DNA of 15,240 nucleotides from Candidatus Heimdallarchaeota archaeon. GTDB lineage: Archaea > Asgardarchaeota > Heimdallarchaeia > Heimdallarchaeales > Heimdallarchaeaceae. The notes under the pieces were generated by a model. The model did no database searches. It saw only the letters and a program-made list of their open reading frames with translations, and had not been told where the DNA came from. The stretch spans positions 1-15,240 of the forward strand of contig DXJF01000025.1 in assembly GCA_019057375.1 (NCBI GenBank), read 5' to 3'. Below, piece by piece: positions 14,748-15,240 of this stretch (position 1 is the stretch's first letter; each line of letters opens with the position of its first letter). Position numbers and translations under genes: made by a program.

Positions 14748-15240
14748 ATGGAAGAAGAAAAGCCTTCGAAACCTAAACCATTTGAAGAAAAGCCTTCTCG
14801 TCCAGATTATCAACCTCCGGAACCTATTCATCCAGAATATCAAGGTCCAGAATATCAGGAATACGATTATGCCCCCCCTCCTTTAACAGAAGAAGAGAAA
14901 CTACAAAAGAGAAGAAGGAAAAGACGTCGAATTATATTTATTATTTTAATTGTTTTGGGTATTTTAGGAATATTAGCTCTTATTGGTATAGGTATAATTT
15001 ATGCAATAGGTTATTCAATATCTCAAATGTGTAATCAAATGTGTGCAGGTTGCACTTGTGATTGTGGTTGCGATGAAGCTTGTACTAATAGCTGTAACAA
15101 TTGTTGTTCAAGCAGTTGTGACAGTTGTTCAACTAGTGGAAGTTCAGGAAGTGGCGGTGCAGGAAACGTGGGTTCAGAGCAATCTGTGTCAGTTGATTTC
15201 AAGACTTATGTAAAATACCTTTGGGAGTACGTAATGAACT
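14748..15240 (+). CDS. Pro/Tyr-rich, single-TM, Cys-rich membrane protein, 3' truncated by the window edge; not in the ORF track
   Basis: 164 codons open from ATG 14748 to the edge: MEEEKPSKPKPFEEKPSRPDYQPPEPIHPEYQGPEYQEYDYAPPPLTEEEKLQKRRRKRRR, then IIFIILIVLGILGILALIGIGIIYAIGY, then SISQMCNQMCAGCTCDCGCDEACTNSCNNCCSSSCDSCSTSGSSGSGGAG... Confidence 0.88.
   Translation, partial: MEEEKPSKPKPFEEKPSRPDYQPPEPIHPEYQGPEYQEYDYAPPPLTEEEKLQKRRRKRRRIIFIILIVLGILGILALIGIGIIYAIGYSISQMCNQMCAGCTCDCGCDEACTNSCNNCCSSSCDSCSTSGSSGSGGAGNVGSEQSVSVDFKTYVKYLWEYVMN
14754..14858 (+). repeat. Short coding direct repeats
   Basis: GAAGAAAAGCCTTC occurs at 14754 and 14784 (EEKPS x2). CCAGAWTATCA occurs at 14802, 14832 and 14847 (PDYQ, PEYQ, PEYQ). 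Confidence 0.8.

Noticed and set aside
1-15240. CRISPR arrays, tRNA/rRNA genes, IS elements, integrases or defence systems
   Set aside because: I found no regularly spaced repeats, cloverleafs, terminal inverted repeats, or transposase, integrase or defence-protein motifs by eye.

Overview
AT-rich, gene-dense archaeal chromosomal window. Archaeal origin is supported by TATA/BRE-type promoters, a PAC2 proteasome chaperone, an archaeal-type XPD helicase and a Hef homologue. An Asgard/Heimdallarchaeia-like host is my inference from the zinc-ribbon membrane proteins and short RdhA-like protein; I cannot confirm it. I support 16 CDSs, two of them edge-truncated and absent from the supplied ORF track (1-122 minus, 14748-15240 plus). 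In order: three apparently paralogous membrane proteins around a short reductive-dehalogenase-like 2x[4Fe-4S] protein; a small membrane protein; an Old Yellow Enzyme; an M29-like peptidase with altered metal ligands; glyoxylate reductase; two membrane proteins; PAC2; an EamA transporter; DegV; and an overlapping helicase pair. In that pair, an intact Fe-S XPD/Rad3 helicase lies directly downstream of a Hef/FANCM-family protein that has lost Walker A, Walker B and motif VI, lacks the ERCC4 nuclease and keeps only a diverged HhH-like tail. This dead-Hef/XPD operon is the best candidate for an undescribed system. Next best is the partial membrane protein with PxYQ repeats and 12 Cys in 33 residues, then an in-frame zinc ribbon stranded behind a stop codon at 1016-1102. 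No rRNA, tRNA, CRISPR array or mobile element was recognised.
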